A DNA stretch of 60,867 bases from Cryomorphaceae bacterium (GTDB taxonomy: Bacteria > Bacteroidota > Bacteroidia > Flavobacteriales_D > Crocinitomicaceae): positions 1 through 60,867 of the forward strand of contig JAJTDQ010000019.1 of NCBI GenBank assembly GCA_021300505.1, written 5' to 3'. The notes under the pieces are model-generated. The model ran no database searches and was not told the DNA's origin. It saw only the letters and a program-made list of their open reading frames with translations. Position numbers and translations under genes: made by a program. Shown one piece after another: positions 39,101 to 48,077 of this stretch (the first letter of the stretch is position 1; each line of letters starts with the position of its first letter).

Positions 39101-39542
39101 TATGGGTATGCAAGGTCTAGGCAATAAAGAAATTGCAAAAATGGCGGCTGAACAGACTGCGATCCGTCAGCGTTTGGAACAGTTGCGAAACGAAATGAAT
39201 AAGGAAGGTAAGGGCAAAGGAAATCAGCTTAACCCACTTATTAAGGAACTTGAAGAACAAGAGCGTGCCCTGATCAATAAACAGTTTTCACAGGATTTAA
39301 TTACCCGCCAGAAAGAGATACTGACGCGCTTGTTGGAAAGTGAAAAAGCGTTGATGGAAAGAGGCTTTGAAGAGAAACGTGAATCGACTTCTGGAAAAAA
39401 TGAAAATAATGGTAACAATATTTTGTTTGAGGAGTATAACCGACAGAAATTAAGACAAATTGATCTTCTTCGTTCGGTGGATCCGGCGTACAGAAAGTAC
39501 TACAAGGACAAGGCAAACGAGTATTTCAATCGGTCTTTATAA
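36174..39542 (+). CDS. large membrane-anchored protein with a long E/K/Q-rich coiled-coil region (DUF4175-like)
   Basis: Two N-terminal TM helices, a ~450 aa beta-rich region, then ~600 aa of charged coiled coil and a G/P/Q-rich stretch. A GTG at 36171 is an alternative start. Confidence 0.65.
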   Translation: MGSAFDQLLEQIDAFIRKFYKNQMIRGVLLFIGVLLFTFLLTTTLEYFGRFGSVTRAIFFFGFILVNLGILVRYIAIPLLKLYSFGARIDRYQAAEIIGSFFPNISDRLKNTLQLRDDLDANHGNIELLRASVMQRSNTLTAVPFASAIDFRENRKYVKYLLPVFLIFVAVGVAAPSLFLQGTNRVVNYQKEFKPVAPFNFVLSNDNLSIEEGEDFPVEVRLKGRNFPEHIYLVSENGKFLMTRKAKNVFSGVIRKPKQSGTFYFEANEFNSDEYRLNVFGRSAIGKMEAKLSYPSYLGKQDEVIANAGDLTVPEGTQIEWSVLTKNTKYVDFVFNSVRKRFTSEGFRLSKKLNETSRVSIYMQNAHRSKVDSTGFQLSVVKDAYPSVIVNELQDTVSEGLHFFTGQVTDDYGLTSLNFVYTLISADGKRREERLSVRKVNGTDLPFDFAVDFRRERVKLNDRIEYYFVVTDNDGVNGSKSTRSQVFTYKLPSLEELNDKREEDQEKIQNDLSSLLNRTKDFQKDVEKMKKDVMNSKNSDWNKLNQVQQLQQEQESIKDALEQMKQMMEQSSQQKDQLSEMDQELLEKQEMIEKLLNEVMDDELKDLLEKLEELLKNNNKEELKDNLDKLEQSSEDMKKQLDRSLEMLKRLQVNEKIDDIEKELKELSKEQEDLKKEIEAEKIKKDDAVKKQDEINKKFEELKEDLKKLNELNKELERPMDLGDTEKKEGEISEDLNDAKEGLENSKEKKAGENQKSAADGMKEMAEQMDMMQQQANQQQEEEDMNALRNILESLMALSFDQEEVMKRFATIGSNDPAYRRYGRKQRAIIDDTKIVRDSLMALAKRQPKIASFVDKELNTIRENHILSLEDIDEHRKSSLGIHQQTVMTSYNNLALLLNESLQQMQQQMQSQKAGSGSCSKPGGSNPKGGQSMNSSDMKQMLKKQLEQMQKGPNPGGQKPGEKPGEGQGNKPGQQGMGMQGLGNKEIAKMAAEQTAIRQRLEQLRNEMNKEGKGKGNQLNPLIKELEEQERALINKQFSQDLITRQKEILTRLLESEKALMERGFEEKRESTSGKNENNGNNILFEEYNRQKLRQIDLLRSVDPAYRKYYKDKANEYFNRSL

Positions 39543-39553
39543 TCGCTAGAACG

Positions 39554-39970
39554 ATGAAAGAAGGATACGAAGTAATTGAAACATTAAAGATTCCGTCGTC
39601 ATTTGATCATGTCGCAAGAGTAGAGACGTTAATTGACCGTGTATGTGCGGATTTATCGGTGAACGAGGATTACTATGGCAACGTGTTGATTGCGGTCACA
39701 GAAGCGGTGAACAACGCGATTTTGCACGGCAATAAGCGCCAAGAGAATCTCGAGGTGGATGTAGCTGTTGGCGATGGTGGTCAAACGTTTTGTTTCAGTG
39801 TCTCGGATGAAGGTCCAGGCTTCGATTTTACCAATCTCCCCGACCCTACAGCGCCTGAGAATATAATGCAAGAAAATGGACGTGGTATCTTCTTGATGCG
39901 TAATTTATCTGATGAAGTAGAGTTTGATAATTTGGGCAGAACAGTGAATATCTACTTTTCGAAGCAATGA
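39554..39970 (+). CDS. GHKL ATPase-fold protein, RsbW/SpoIIAB-like anti-sigma serine kinase family
   Basis: N-box 'AVNNAILHGN' and G1-box 'DEGPGFD'. 138 aa. Confidence 0.7.
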   Translation: MKEGYEVIETLKIPSSFDHVARVETLIDRVCADLSVNEDYYGNVLIAVTEAVNNAILHGNKRQENLEVDVAVGDGGQTFCFSVSDEGPGFDFTNLPDPTAPENIMQENGRGIFLMRNLSDEVEFDNLGRTVNIYFSKQ

Positions 39971-40392
39971 TTTTATTTGAGTTCATAGATGTAGAAGTTC
40001 CGGAGTTGTCTTCGGAACTTTTTTCTTTCTGGTTAGATAATGCCGTAAGCGAAGAGGGTAAAACAACCGGTGAAATTACTGTGATTTTTTGTTCTGATGA
40101 GTATTTGTTGGTCATGAACCGCCAATATTTGGATCACGATTATTATACGGATATAATCACGTTTGATTACACAGAGGGGAGTATTGTTTCTGGAGATTTA
40201 TTCATTTCTGTTGATCGGGTTTATGAAAATGCTCAAGGCTTAGATTTCGATCGCGCAATAGAGTTAAGGCGTGTTTGTGTTCATGGTGTCCTCCATTTGT
40301 GTGGTTATGGCGACAAAAGTGACCTAGAAGCAAAGTTAATGCGTGATAAAGAGGGTTATTATTTAGATAAGTATGTTTCACGTGAAACATAA
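39967..40392 (+). CDS. ybeY: rRNA maturation endoribonuclease YbeY
   Basis: 'HGVLHLCGYGD' metal-binding motif. ATGA overlap with the upstream gene. Confidence 0.9.
   Translation: MILFEFIDVEVPELSSELFSFWLDNAVSEEGKTTGEITVIFCSDEYLLVMNRQYLDHDYYTDIITFDYTEGSIVSGDLFISVDRVYENAQGLDFDRAIELRRVCVHGVLHLCGYGDKSDLEAKLMRDKEGYYLDKYVSRET
40375..40388. promoter_or_regulatory. 14-bp perfect palindrome GTTTCACGTGAAAC, copy 1
   Basis: Read directly. It overlaps the last ybeY codons (VSRET*). Confidence 0.6.
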
Positions 40393-40407
40393 AGGCATTT
40401 GAGGTTG

Positions 40408-40428
40408 TAATTTTGTTTCACGTGAAAC
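40408..40428 (+). promoter_or_regulatory. candidate mnmG -7 box (TAATTTTG, 40408-40415) abutting palindrome copy 2 (40415-40428)
   Basis: TAnnTTTG match, followed immediately by GTTTCACGTGAAAC. The ATG is at 40441. Confidence 0.5.
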
Positions 40429-40440
40429 AATGTTTACAGG

Positions 40441-42312
40441 ATGCTTCAAGAATTTGATGTGATTGTGGTCGGTGCTGGCCACGCAGGATGTGAAGCCGCG
40501 AATGCGGCGGGAAAAATGGGTTCAAAGGTTTTGTTGATCACAATGAATATGAACACCATTGCTCAGATGAGTTGCAATCCAGCAATGGGTGGTGTGGCTA
40601 AGGGACAAATCGTTCGAGAAATTGATGCGCTTGGTGGTGGTTCTGGAATTGTGAGTGACAAAAGCGCGATTCAGTTCCGAATGCTGAATCGTTCGAAAGG
40701 CCCAGCGATGTGGTCTCCTAGAACGCAAAATGATCGAATGAAGTTTGCAGAGGAATGGCGTTTTCTTTTGGAGGAAAATCCCAACGTTGACTTCTGGCAA
40801 GACATGTGCAACGGAATTATTGTTGAAGGTGGTGTTGTTCGTGGTGTCAAAACTTCACTTGGAATATCGATATACGGGAAAAGTGTTGTCTTAACGAATG
40901 GAACTTTTTTGAATGGTTTGATTCATCTTGGTGAAAAACAGTTCGGTGGTGGTCGTGTTGGAGAAAAAGCTTCGACCGGAATAACAGAGGAATTGATTGA
41001 ATTGGGTTTTGAAGCCGGTCGAATGAAGACAGGTACCCCTCCCCGTGTGGATGGACGATCGCTGGATTATTCGAAAATGGAAATTCAAGAAGGAGATGAG
41101 AACCCTTCGAAATTTAGTTTCGGAAGCACCTCGGCACTCACTTTACAACGTCCATGCCACATCACGTATACAAATGAACGAACACATGATTTATTGCGCA
41201 CAGGTTTTGATCGTTCCCCAATGTTTAATGGTGCGATTAAATCAAGCGGGCCTAGATATTGTCCAAGTATAGAAGATAAAATCAATCGTTTTGCAGATCG
41301 TGATCGCCATCAAATCTTTGTCGAACCAGAAGGATGGCGTACCGTAGAAATTTATGTGAATGGCTTTAGTACGTCTTTACCGGAGGAAGTGCAGTATGAA
41401 GCAATGAAGAGCATTCCAGGTTTTGAACATGTGAAAATGTTTCGTCCAGGCTATGCAATTGAATATGACTACTTCCCTCCTACCCAGTTGAAACACACCT
41501 TGGAAACCAAACAAGTAGAAAATCTATTTTTTGCTGGACAAATCAATGGAACAACTGGGTATGAAGAAGCAGCTTGTCAGGGTTTAATGGCGGGTATTAA
41601 TGCACATCGAAAGGTGCATGGTGATCAAGCGTTTATTCTAAATCGTGATGAAGCATACATCGGTGTATTGATTGATGATTTGATTACAAAAGGAACGAAA
41701 GAACCGTACCGAATGTTTACCAGTCGTGCTGAATACCGTATTCTTTTGCGTCAGGACAATGCGGATGTGCGCCTCACTCCTATTGGTGTTGGTATTGGTT
41801 TAGCCAATGAAGAGGACTTAAAGCGTGTGGAAATCAAAAATCTTGGCACCGAAAAGTTAATTCAGGCATTTAAAGAAACGAGTGTTTCACCAGAGGAATT
41901 GAACCCTGTTTTGGAGCTGAAGGACTCTTCGTTATTGACGCAAAAGGTTAAAATGTCGAGTATAATTACACGTCCACAAATAGAAATATCTGACCTTTTA
42001 AATTTGAATTCAGACCTAAATAAATTAGCACATGATCTGATGAATGATCATCCAGACATTGTTTCTCAAGCTGAGATTTTGATGAAATATGAAGGCTACA
42101 TATCGCGAGAAGAAGAACAAGCACACAAGATGAATCGTTTGGAAGATGTAGTAATTCCGAGTGATACAGACTTTAAAGCGATGTTAAGTCTAAGCTCGGA
42201 AGCAAAAGAAAAGCTAACTAAAGTTCGACCAGTGAACATTGGTCAGGCGGCTAGAATTAGTGGTGTTTCACCAAGTGACATTTCTGTTCTTTTGATACAC
42301 TTAGGTCGATAG
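40441..42312 (+). CDS. mnmG: tRNA uridine 5-carboxymethylaminomethyl modification enzyme MnmG (GidA)
   Basis: Collinear with E. coli MnmG: 'GAGHAGCEAA', 'MSCNPAMGG', 'GPRYCPSIEDK', 'GQINGTTGYEEAA' and 'KEPYRMFTSRAEYR'. Confidence 0.95.
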   Translation: MLQEFDVIVVGAGHAGCEAANAAGKMGSKVLLITMNMNTIAQMSCNPAMGGVAKGQIVREIDALGGGSGIVSDKSAIQFRMLNRSKGPAMWSPRTQNDRMKFAEEWRFLLEENPNVDFWQDMCNGIIVEGGVVRGVKTSLGISIYGKSVVLTNGTFLNGLIHLGEKQFGGGRVGEKASTGITEELIELGFEAGRMKTGTPPRVDGRSLDYSKMEIQEGDENPSKFSFGSTSALTLQRPCHITYTNERTHDLLRTGFDRSPMFNGAIKSSGPRYCPSIEDKINRFADRDRHQIFVEPEGWRTVEIYVNGFSTSLPEEVQYEAMKSIPGFEHVKMFRPGYAIEYDYFPPTQLKHTLETKQVENLFFAGQINGTTGYEEAACQGLMAGINAHRKVHGDQAFILNRDEAYIGVLIDDLITKGTKEPYRMFTSRAEYRILLRQDNADVRLTPIGVGIGLANEEDLKRVEIKNLGTEKLIQAFKETSVSPEELNPVLELKDSSLLTQKVKMSSIITRPQIEISDLLNLNSDLNKLAHDLMNDHPDIVSQAEILMKYEGYISREEEQAHKMNRLEDVVIPSDTDFKAMLSLSSEAKEKLTKVRPVNIGQAARISGVSPSDISVLLIHLGR

Positions 42313-42325
42313 TTTCACGTGAAAC
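42312..42325. promoter_or_regulatory. 14-bp perfect palindrome GTTTCACGTGAAAC, copy 3
   Basis: Read directly. It overlaps the mnmG stop codon. Confidence 0.6.
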
Positions 42326-42341
42326 ATAATGATATAAAAAA

Positions 42342-42375
42342 GGTCCGAGAGTTAATTTCGGACCTTTTATTTTTT
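42342..42375. terminator. bidirectional rho-independent terminator
   Basis: Stem GGTCCGA/TCGGACC flanked by an A-run and a T-run, between convergent mnmG and ispG. Confidence 0.75.
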
Positions 42376-44308
42376 AGTATTGTGCATCTATCCAGTCCCC
42401 ATTGGATCGTATAAGCTCGATAAGCTCATCAACTGCGTTGTCTTCAGGAACGTTGCGCTTGATTACTTCCTTTTCTTTGTATAGATTGATCTTACCAGGC
42501 CCGGTTCCTACATACCCGTAATCTGCATCAGCCATTTCTCCCGGCCCATTCACAATACAACCCATAATCCCAATCTTGATTCCCTTCAAGTGTGAAGTGC
42601 GCTCGCGTATCTTGGCGGTTGTTTCTTGTAAGTCAAACAAGGTACGTCCGCAAGATGGACATGAAATGTATTCGGTTTTTGATATTCTGGATCGCGTCGC
42701 TTGAAGTATCCCAAAGGCGGTTGAGTTGATGACTTTCCGCGGTTGGTCACTACACAACCATAAACCATCTCCAAAGCCATCAATCAACAATGATCCGGCA
42801 TCTGATGATGTGTATAACTGAAAGGTCTCCTCGTCTGCAGTGTGTTCCGTGAATTGAAGGATAATTGGGTTGATTAAACCGTTTTTCGCTAAATTCAAAT
42901 AAAAGTTTCGGAAAACATGTGTCTTGTTGTCAAAATCAGTCGCCAATACGACGGTTAAACCCGGATGAGATCGAAGCAAGTCAACCGGCATGGCATCCTC
43001 TGCCTTGATGAGTACAAACCCTGCTGTATCTGTTGTGATTTCTTGAACTTGCTCAAGGGTTAACAAGGGAGAAAAACCAGCTTTATTCGTGTACAGTTTT
43101 TGCCAAACAGCATAGTTAACGATTACTCCGATCGGACCGGGTAATTCAAAATCCAAGGTGTTATCACCGATGTATACATAATCTGCAGCCTGGTCCAAGA
43201 TTGTCCATTTATCCAATTGAACGGAATACGTATATCCGAACGCAAAAAAGTTTGCTGGTGTTATTTCTTTCTTGTTTGATAAATCAGCAACTACAACAGG
43301 CACATGTTCGCTTCCAATGTTGTGTTGTTGTGTTGTTTTTCTTCTCTCCTGACTGTATGGTGAATATTTAGGAATTTGTCCCTCAGGTAAAGGAAAGATG
43401 TTTTTTCGATTCGAATATTTGGCAATCAGCTTTCGTGCAACCGGGATTTCGAATTCTGGTGCTTCGGTCAATGAAACACGAACCGTATCACCTAGCCCAT
43501 CTTCTAGTAAAGCGCCGATTCCTACAGCAGATTTTATTCGACCATCTTCGCCGTCTCCTGCTTCAGTTACACCGAGGTGCAACGGATAGCATCTTCCGTT
43601 TTTCAACATTGTGGCTACCAATAGGCGGTAGGCTTGAACCATCACAAGAGTGTTACTCGCCTTCATCGAAATCACTAGCGAATGGTACTCATGTTTTTCA
43701 CAAATGCGAATAAATTCCATCGCGGATTCTACCATTCCTTCTGGCGTATCACCGAAACGGCTTAGAATTCGATCGGATAATGACCCGTGATTGGTGCCAA
43801 TGCGCATCGCTGTTCCGTTCGTTTTACAAAGCAAAACGAGGGGCGTGAATTTTTCTTCAATGCGTCTTAATTCAGCTTGATAACTTTCTTCTGTATAATC
43901 AATCTCTTCAAATTTCTTTTTGTCCGCGTAATTACCCGGATTCACTCGGACCTTTTCGACAATACCCGCAGCAATTTCAGCGGCATTGGGTGTAAAGTGA
44001 ATGTCCGCGACAAGTGGTGTATTGTACCCGCGAGAATTCAAGACTTCCTTGATGTTGCGCAAATTCTCGGCTTCGTTTTTACTCGGAGCAGTCAAACGCA
44101 CCAACTCACAACCCGCGTCAATCATACGGATAGATTGCTCTACGGATCCTGTTGTATCCATAGTGTCTGTGGTGGTCATGGATTGAACGCGAATGGGTGC
44201 ATTTCCTCCCATACTTGTGTTACCAATTTGAATCTCAAGTGTTGAAAGACGCTTTCGATTCAATAAATCAAGACAATAGGGCAAGGAATTTTCAGGGGTG
44301 TTGGACAT
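42374..44308 (-). CDS. ispG: 4-hydroxy-3-methylbut-2-en-1-yl diphosphate synthase IspG (long form with inserted domain)
   Basis: 'VRLTAPS', 'PLVADIHF', 'MRIGTNHGSL' and the C-terminal 'SCPSCGRT...GCIVNGPGE' 4Fe-4S motif. ATG 44308 is preferred over the upstream TTG 44335. Confidence 0.9.
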   Translation of the reverse strand: MSNTPENSLPYCLDLLNRKRLSTLEIQIGNTSMGGNAPIRVQSMTTTDTMDTTGSVEQSIRMIDAGCELVRLTAPSKNEAENLRNIKEVLNSRGYNTPLVADIHFTPNAAEIAAGIVEKVRVNPGNYADKKKFEEIDYTEESYQAELRRIEEKFTPLVLLCKTNGTAMRIGTNHGSLSDRILSRFGDTPEGMVESAMEFIRICEKHEYHSLVISMKASNTLVMVQAYRLLVATMLKNGRCYPLHLGVTEAGDGEDGRIKSAVGIGALLEDGLGDTVRVSLTEAPEFEIPVARKLIAKYSNRKNIFPLPEGQIPKYSPYSQERRKTTQQHNIGSEHVPVVVADLSNKKEITPANFFAFGYTYSVQLDKWTILDQAADYVYIGDNTLDFELPGPIGVIVNYAVWQKLYTNKAGFSPLLTLEQVQEITTDTAGFVLIKAEDAMPVDLLRSHPGLTVVLATDFDNKTHVFRNFYLNLAKNGLINPIILQFTEHTADEETFQLYTSSDAGSLLIDGFGDGLWLCSDQPRKVINSTAFGILQATRSRISKTEYISCPSCGRTLFDLQETTAKIRERTSHLKGIKIGIMGCIVNGPGEMADADYGYVGTGPGKINLYKEKEVIKRNVPEDNAVDELIELIRSNGDWIDAQY

Positions 44309-44401
44309 GTTAGATTGCTTAAAAAAGTCTAACAAAAATAGCGAGAATAATGTTTAATGATAGCGTGTAACGTATTGTTAGGTTTACCTTACTGATTATC
44401 G

Positions 44402-44409
44402 TATCTTTG
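44402..44409 (+). promoter_or_regulatory. candidate -7 box (TAnnTTTG)
   Basis: TATCTTTG lies 22 nt upstream of ATG 44432. Confidence 0.4.
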
Positions 44410-44431
44410 TGCTTCACTTAAACCAAACTGC

Positions 44432-45538
44432 ATGGACATTTCAAGTGTTAAATTTGCGTCAGGACACAACGATGAGTTTTACAAAACCCTAAAGAAGAGA
44501 GTAAACGAATACTTTAAAAAGGAGAATATTTCTCGTCATGCAAATTTTCAAATGGTGTTCAAAACCATTGCGATGTTGGCGATTTATTTCACGCCTTTCG
44601 TGATCATGCTCACAATAGCAGAAAATTATTGGTTCATCATGTTGCTGTGGGTAATCATGGGGTTTGGAATGGCGGGAATTGGCCTTTCTGTCATGCATGA
44701 TGCCAATCACGGCGCTTATTCGAGTAAGGAATGGGTAAATAAACTTGTTGGAAACGTGATGATTTTCTTGGGTGGAAGTGATGTCAATTGGAGAATTCAA
44801 CACAATATTTTACACCATACGTACACCAATGTAACAGGGATGGATGAAGACTTAAACCCAGGCCCAGTACTTCGTTTTTCTCCACACGAGAAGCGTAGAA
44901 AATTCCACAAATTCCAACACATCTATGCTTGGTTTTTTTACGGATTAATGACACTCCTTTGGTTCGTTTCAAAAGATTACAATCAAGCGGTTCGTTACAA
45001 GAAAATGGGATTGATAGGAACTCAAAAGATCACGTTTGCCAAGCATTTAGCTGTTCTAATCGTGAATAAAATCATTTACGCTGGAGTGTTCATTGCTTTG
45101 CCGATCTATTTCGTTCCGGCACCATGGTGGTTCACAATTCTTGGTTTCTTGGCGAGTCACTTTGTTGCAGGATTAACATTGGCGAGTATTTTCCAACCCG
45201 CTCACGTAACACCGGTATCAGATTATCCTATGCCAGATGACTCTGGAAACATTCAAGCGGATTGGGCAGTAAACCAATTGTACAACACGGCGAATTTTGC
45301 TCCAGGAGCGCGTCTATTTTCTTGGTATGTTGGTGGTTTAAACTATCAAGTGGAACATCACTTGTTCCCAAATATCTGTCACATACACTACCGCAAATTG
45401 TCTAAAATCGTTCGCGAGACGGCGACTGAATATAACTTGCCATATCATTCGTACAAGACATTTGTTTCAGCGTTGAGTGAGCACACAAAAATGTTGTACC
45501 GCCTAGGACGTTACGATAACGCCCCAGCCATTCATTAA
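44432..45538 (+). CDS. membrane fatty-acid desaturase
   Basis: Three His boxes: 'HDANHG', 'HNILHH' and 'QVEHHLFP'. Confidence 0.85.
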   Translation: MDISSVKFASGHNDEFYKTLKKRVNEYFKKENISRHANFQMVFKTIAMLAIYFTPFVIMLTIAENYWFIMLLWVIMGFGMAGIGLSVMHDANHGAYSSKEWVNKLVGNVMIFLGGSDVNWRIQHNILHHTYTNVTGMDEDLNPGPVLRFSPHEKRRKFHKFQHIYAWFFYGLMTLLWFVSKDYNQAVRYKKMGLIGTQKITFAKHLAVLIVNKIIYAGVFIALPIYFVPAPWWFTILGFLASHFVAGLTLASIFQPAHVTPVSDYPMPDDSGNIQADWAVNQLYNTANFAPGARLFSWYVGGLNYQVEHHLFPNICHIHYRKLSKIVRETATEYNLPYHSYKTFVSALSEHTKMLYRLGRYDNAPAIH

Positions 45539-45543
45539 TCGCA

Positions 45544-45897
45544 ATGAACCTTGAGTCATACAGAACCTATTGTTTGGCGAAAAAAGGAGTAACTGAACAT
45601 TTCCCTTTCGATCATAAAACCTTGGTCTTTAAGGTGTGCAATAAAATGTTTGCGCTGACTGACGTAGATAACTTTTCTGGTGTGAATCTTAAATCCAATC
45701 CTGAATATGCGATTGAGTTAAGGGAGTCCTACGCTGGAATTCAACCCGGTTGGCATATGAGTAAAACACATTGGAATACGATTGCTGTCAATAGCGATGT
45801 TCCTGATGCTTTGTTTTATCGTCTCATAGACCACTCCTATCAATGCATCATCGAGTCACTTTCTAAAAAAGCGCGTCTTGAGTTTGAGATGGGATAA
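45544..45897 (+). CDS. MmcQ/YjbR-family protein
   Basis: 117 aa with the 'FPFD...LVFKV..KMFAL' and 'GWHMSKTHWNT' pattern. Confidence 0.7.
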   Translation: MNLESYRTYCLAKKGVTEHFPFDHKTLVFKVCNKMFALTDVDNFSGVNLKSNPEYAIELRESYAGIQPGWHMSKTHWNTIAVNSDVPDALFYRLIDHSYQCIIESLSKKARLEFEMG

Positions 45898-46258
45898 ATA
45901 CCTCTGGGCCGTGCGTTTGGCAAAAACGCGTTCGCATGCCGTTGAATTGATTTCAAAAGGTAGAGTACAGGTCAATGGTGCAAGCATCAAACCTTCGCGT
46001 GAACCTAAGGTCGGTGATTTAATTTCTGTTTCTCACAATACTGCTACATTCACCTACTCGGTTGTTCAACTATTAGAAAAACGCGTCGGTCCAAAACTCG
46101 TTGCGGAGTATCTACTCGACACGACCACGGATGAAGAACGCGAAAAGTTGCGTCAGTACCAATTGGCTCAACAGGCGTATAGACAATTTGGAACCGGGAA
46201 GCCATCCAAGAAAGACCGTCGCGACCTCGATGATTTTATGACCGATTGGGAAGAATAA
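45878..46258 (+). CDS. S4-domain RNA-binding protein (Hsp15/HslR-like)
   Basis: 'RWDKYLWAVRLAKTRSHAVELISKGRVQVNG' S4 motif. TTG start overlaps the previous gene by 20 nt. Confidence 0.7.
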   Translation: MSLRWDKYLWAVRLAKTRSHAVELISKGRVQVNGASIKPSREPKVGDLISVSHNTATFTYSVVQLLEKRVGPKLVAEYLLDTTTDEEREKLRQYQLAQQAYRQFGTGKPSKKDRRDLDDFMTDWEE

Positions 46259-46345
46259 GTTGCCTCTGCTGTAACTTTTTATCAGAATGAAGGTCTAACC
46301 CAACAAAAGCGACAAAAAGCGCTTAAATCAATTAAAAACAAGAGT

Positions 46346-47170
46346 ATGAAAAAGACGGCAATAGTGCTATGTATGGTTTCACTTCATGCATTTGCACAAA
46401 AGGAGGAGACTAAGCGCGACACCACACGCATGAACATGGGAAAAGTGGAAATTATTCTCATTGATCATTCTGATGAAAGTGATGAAAAATTGGACACCAT
46501 CGATGCTGCACCAGGGGATTCAAAAGAAGACAAAGCCTTTGAAGCGCATTGGGCTGGATTAGATATGGGTTTCATGATGCTCATGAACAATCAGTTCAAT
46601 CAAGATTTTGGCACTAGCGATTACTTGAAAAACGACATTGGTAAATCTATGGTGTGGAACTTGAATATATTTGAGCACAAATTCCCCATTGCAAAAGAAT
46701 ATTTAGGAATCACTACGGGACTTGGTTTCAGCTTTACACAAGTGGCTTTTCGTGATAATTATGTGGCTAGCGTTCAAATTGGTGATGAGGGAGGGGGAGA
46801 CCTTGTCGCGGTTATGGACACTGCAATAAATTATACCAAGAACAAATTAAAAGCCACATATTTGACCGTTCCCCTATTGCTAGAATTCAATAGCAATGCA
46901 GATGCAGACAAGTCATTCTATGTTGCCGCTGGTGTTGTTGGAGGTGTGAAAATTGCCTCACGTTACAAGCGTGCGTATGACGATGGGAAAAGAATCGTTT
47001 CAGTGCAGAAAGGGCAGTTTGGTTTGCAAACGTTTCGCCTGGATGGAACTGTTCGCATTGGATACGGAAACTGGGGAGCATTTGCTAGTTATGGACTGCT
47101 TCCGTTGTTCTACACCACATTGAATCCAGAGGCGAATCCATTGATCTTTGGATTAACATTGAACTTCTAA
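46346..47170 (+). CDS. outer-membrane beta-barrel (porin-family) protein
   Basis: Signal peptide, alternating beta-strand pattern and C-terminal 'FGLTLNF'. Confidence 0.6.
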   Translation: MKKTAIVLCMVSLHAFAQKEETKRDTTRMNMGKVEIILIDHSDESDEKLDTIDAAPGDSKEDKAFEAHWAGLDMGFMMLMNNQFNQDFGTSDYLKNDIGKSMVWNLNIFEHKFPIAKEYLGITTGLGFSFTQVAFRDNYVASVQIGDEGGGDLVAVMDTAINYTKNKLKATYLTVPLLLEFNSNADADKSFYVAAGVVGGVKIASRYKRAYDDGKRIVSVQKGQFGLQTFRLDGTVRIGYGNWGAFASYGLLPLFYTTLNPEANPLIFGLTLNF

Positions 47171-47219
47171 TTGAGAGTTCTTTTATATAAGTCTGACGAC
47201 AATTTCGTTTACAAGAAAA

Positions 47220-47243
47220 CCTGAGTCATAGCTCAGGTTTTTT
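47220..47243 (+). terminator. rho-independent terminator
   Basis: Stem CCTGAG/CTCAGG followed by T6. Confidence 0.7.
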
Positions 47244-47270
47244 GACATTATAATCTAAAACAAAAACTTA

Positions 47271-48077
47271 CTAGTTTACACTCTCGGCTAGGCTTTCAAT
47301 AAATAATTTTGAAATGTCATTTGCTAGAATCTGACTTTCTTTAGTATCCAAATTAAAATCATCCTCAATGGTTTTAATTAACTCGATTTCTTCACCATTC
47401 CATTGAAATAAATATTTAATCGTAGAAAAATAATAAGGGTTTCCACATTGCTCAATTAAAATGAAATTATCCTTATCAATGGATTTTATCAAATTACCAC
47501 CGTACAGATTGTCGTCATCCAATTCGTTAAAAACCTTATTGTAGATTAAATTACTTATGCATTTGCCGTTGATATCATAAATCTCTGAGTCTTCTTCATT
47601 TCCAGGCTTCTTTAATAGAATTAATTGATTCGAAGCTTGGGCTATTTCATGAAAATAATCATTTAAAAAATCTTTATCTTTCGCTATGGGATGAGAACTA
47701 ATTTCATCGAAATCAAACACTTCGTAATCTTCGTCGCAATCCTCGTCTTTATCCATATAAAACAAGTGTTTAATTTTAAATGGGAATTCTGAAAACAACG
47801 AACTTAATTGATCTTCATTCGCTTCTGTAATCACCCAATGATAAAAAGATTCATAACTCAAGTCATTTCCTAACAATGACTTGTAATCTTCCTTATAATG
47901 ACCTTCTATGTATGAATACTCTATTCTATTGGCAAAATTATCATCACCCCTTTTATCACCATTAGGAAATCCAAATCCACGAAAACACGATTTTAGGCTG
48001 ATAGAATCTGGAGACTTTATCTGTAGGAATTGTTTTAAACAATTGTAAATGTCAAGTGTTTCTCTTTGATTATTCAT
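47271..48077 (-). CDS. highly acidic 268 aa protein of unknown family, translationally coupled to the PrimPol gene
   Basis: ATGA start/stop overlap with the upstream gene. D/E-rich throughout ('DKDEDCDEDYEVFDFDE'), with no signal peptide or TM helix. Very AT-rich codons. Confidence 0.6.
   Translation of the reverse strand: MNNQRETLDIYNCLKQFLQIKSPDSISLKSCFRGFGFPNGDKRGDDNFANRIEYSYIEGHYKEDYKSLLGNDLSYESFYHWVITEANEDQLSSLFSEFPFKIKHLFYMDKDEDCDEDYEVFDFDEISSHPIAKDKDFLNDYFHEIAQASNQLILLKKPGNEEDSEIYDINGKCISNLIYNKVFNELDDDNLYGGNLIKSIDKDNFILIEQCGNPYYFSTIKYLFQWNGEEIELIKTIEDDFNLDTKESQILANDISKLFIESLAESVN

Noticed and set aside
40393-42373. A possible replication origin next to mnmG (gidA), as in some Proteobacteria.
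   Set aside because: There are no TTATCCACA-type DnaA boxes and no AT-rich unwinding element in the short spacers (48 and 61 nt). The palindromes have a CACGTG core unrelated to DnaA boxes.
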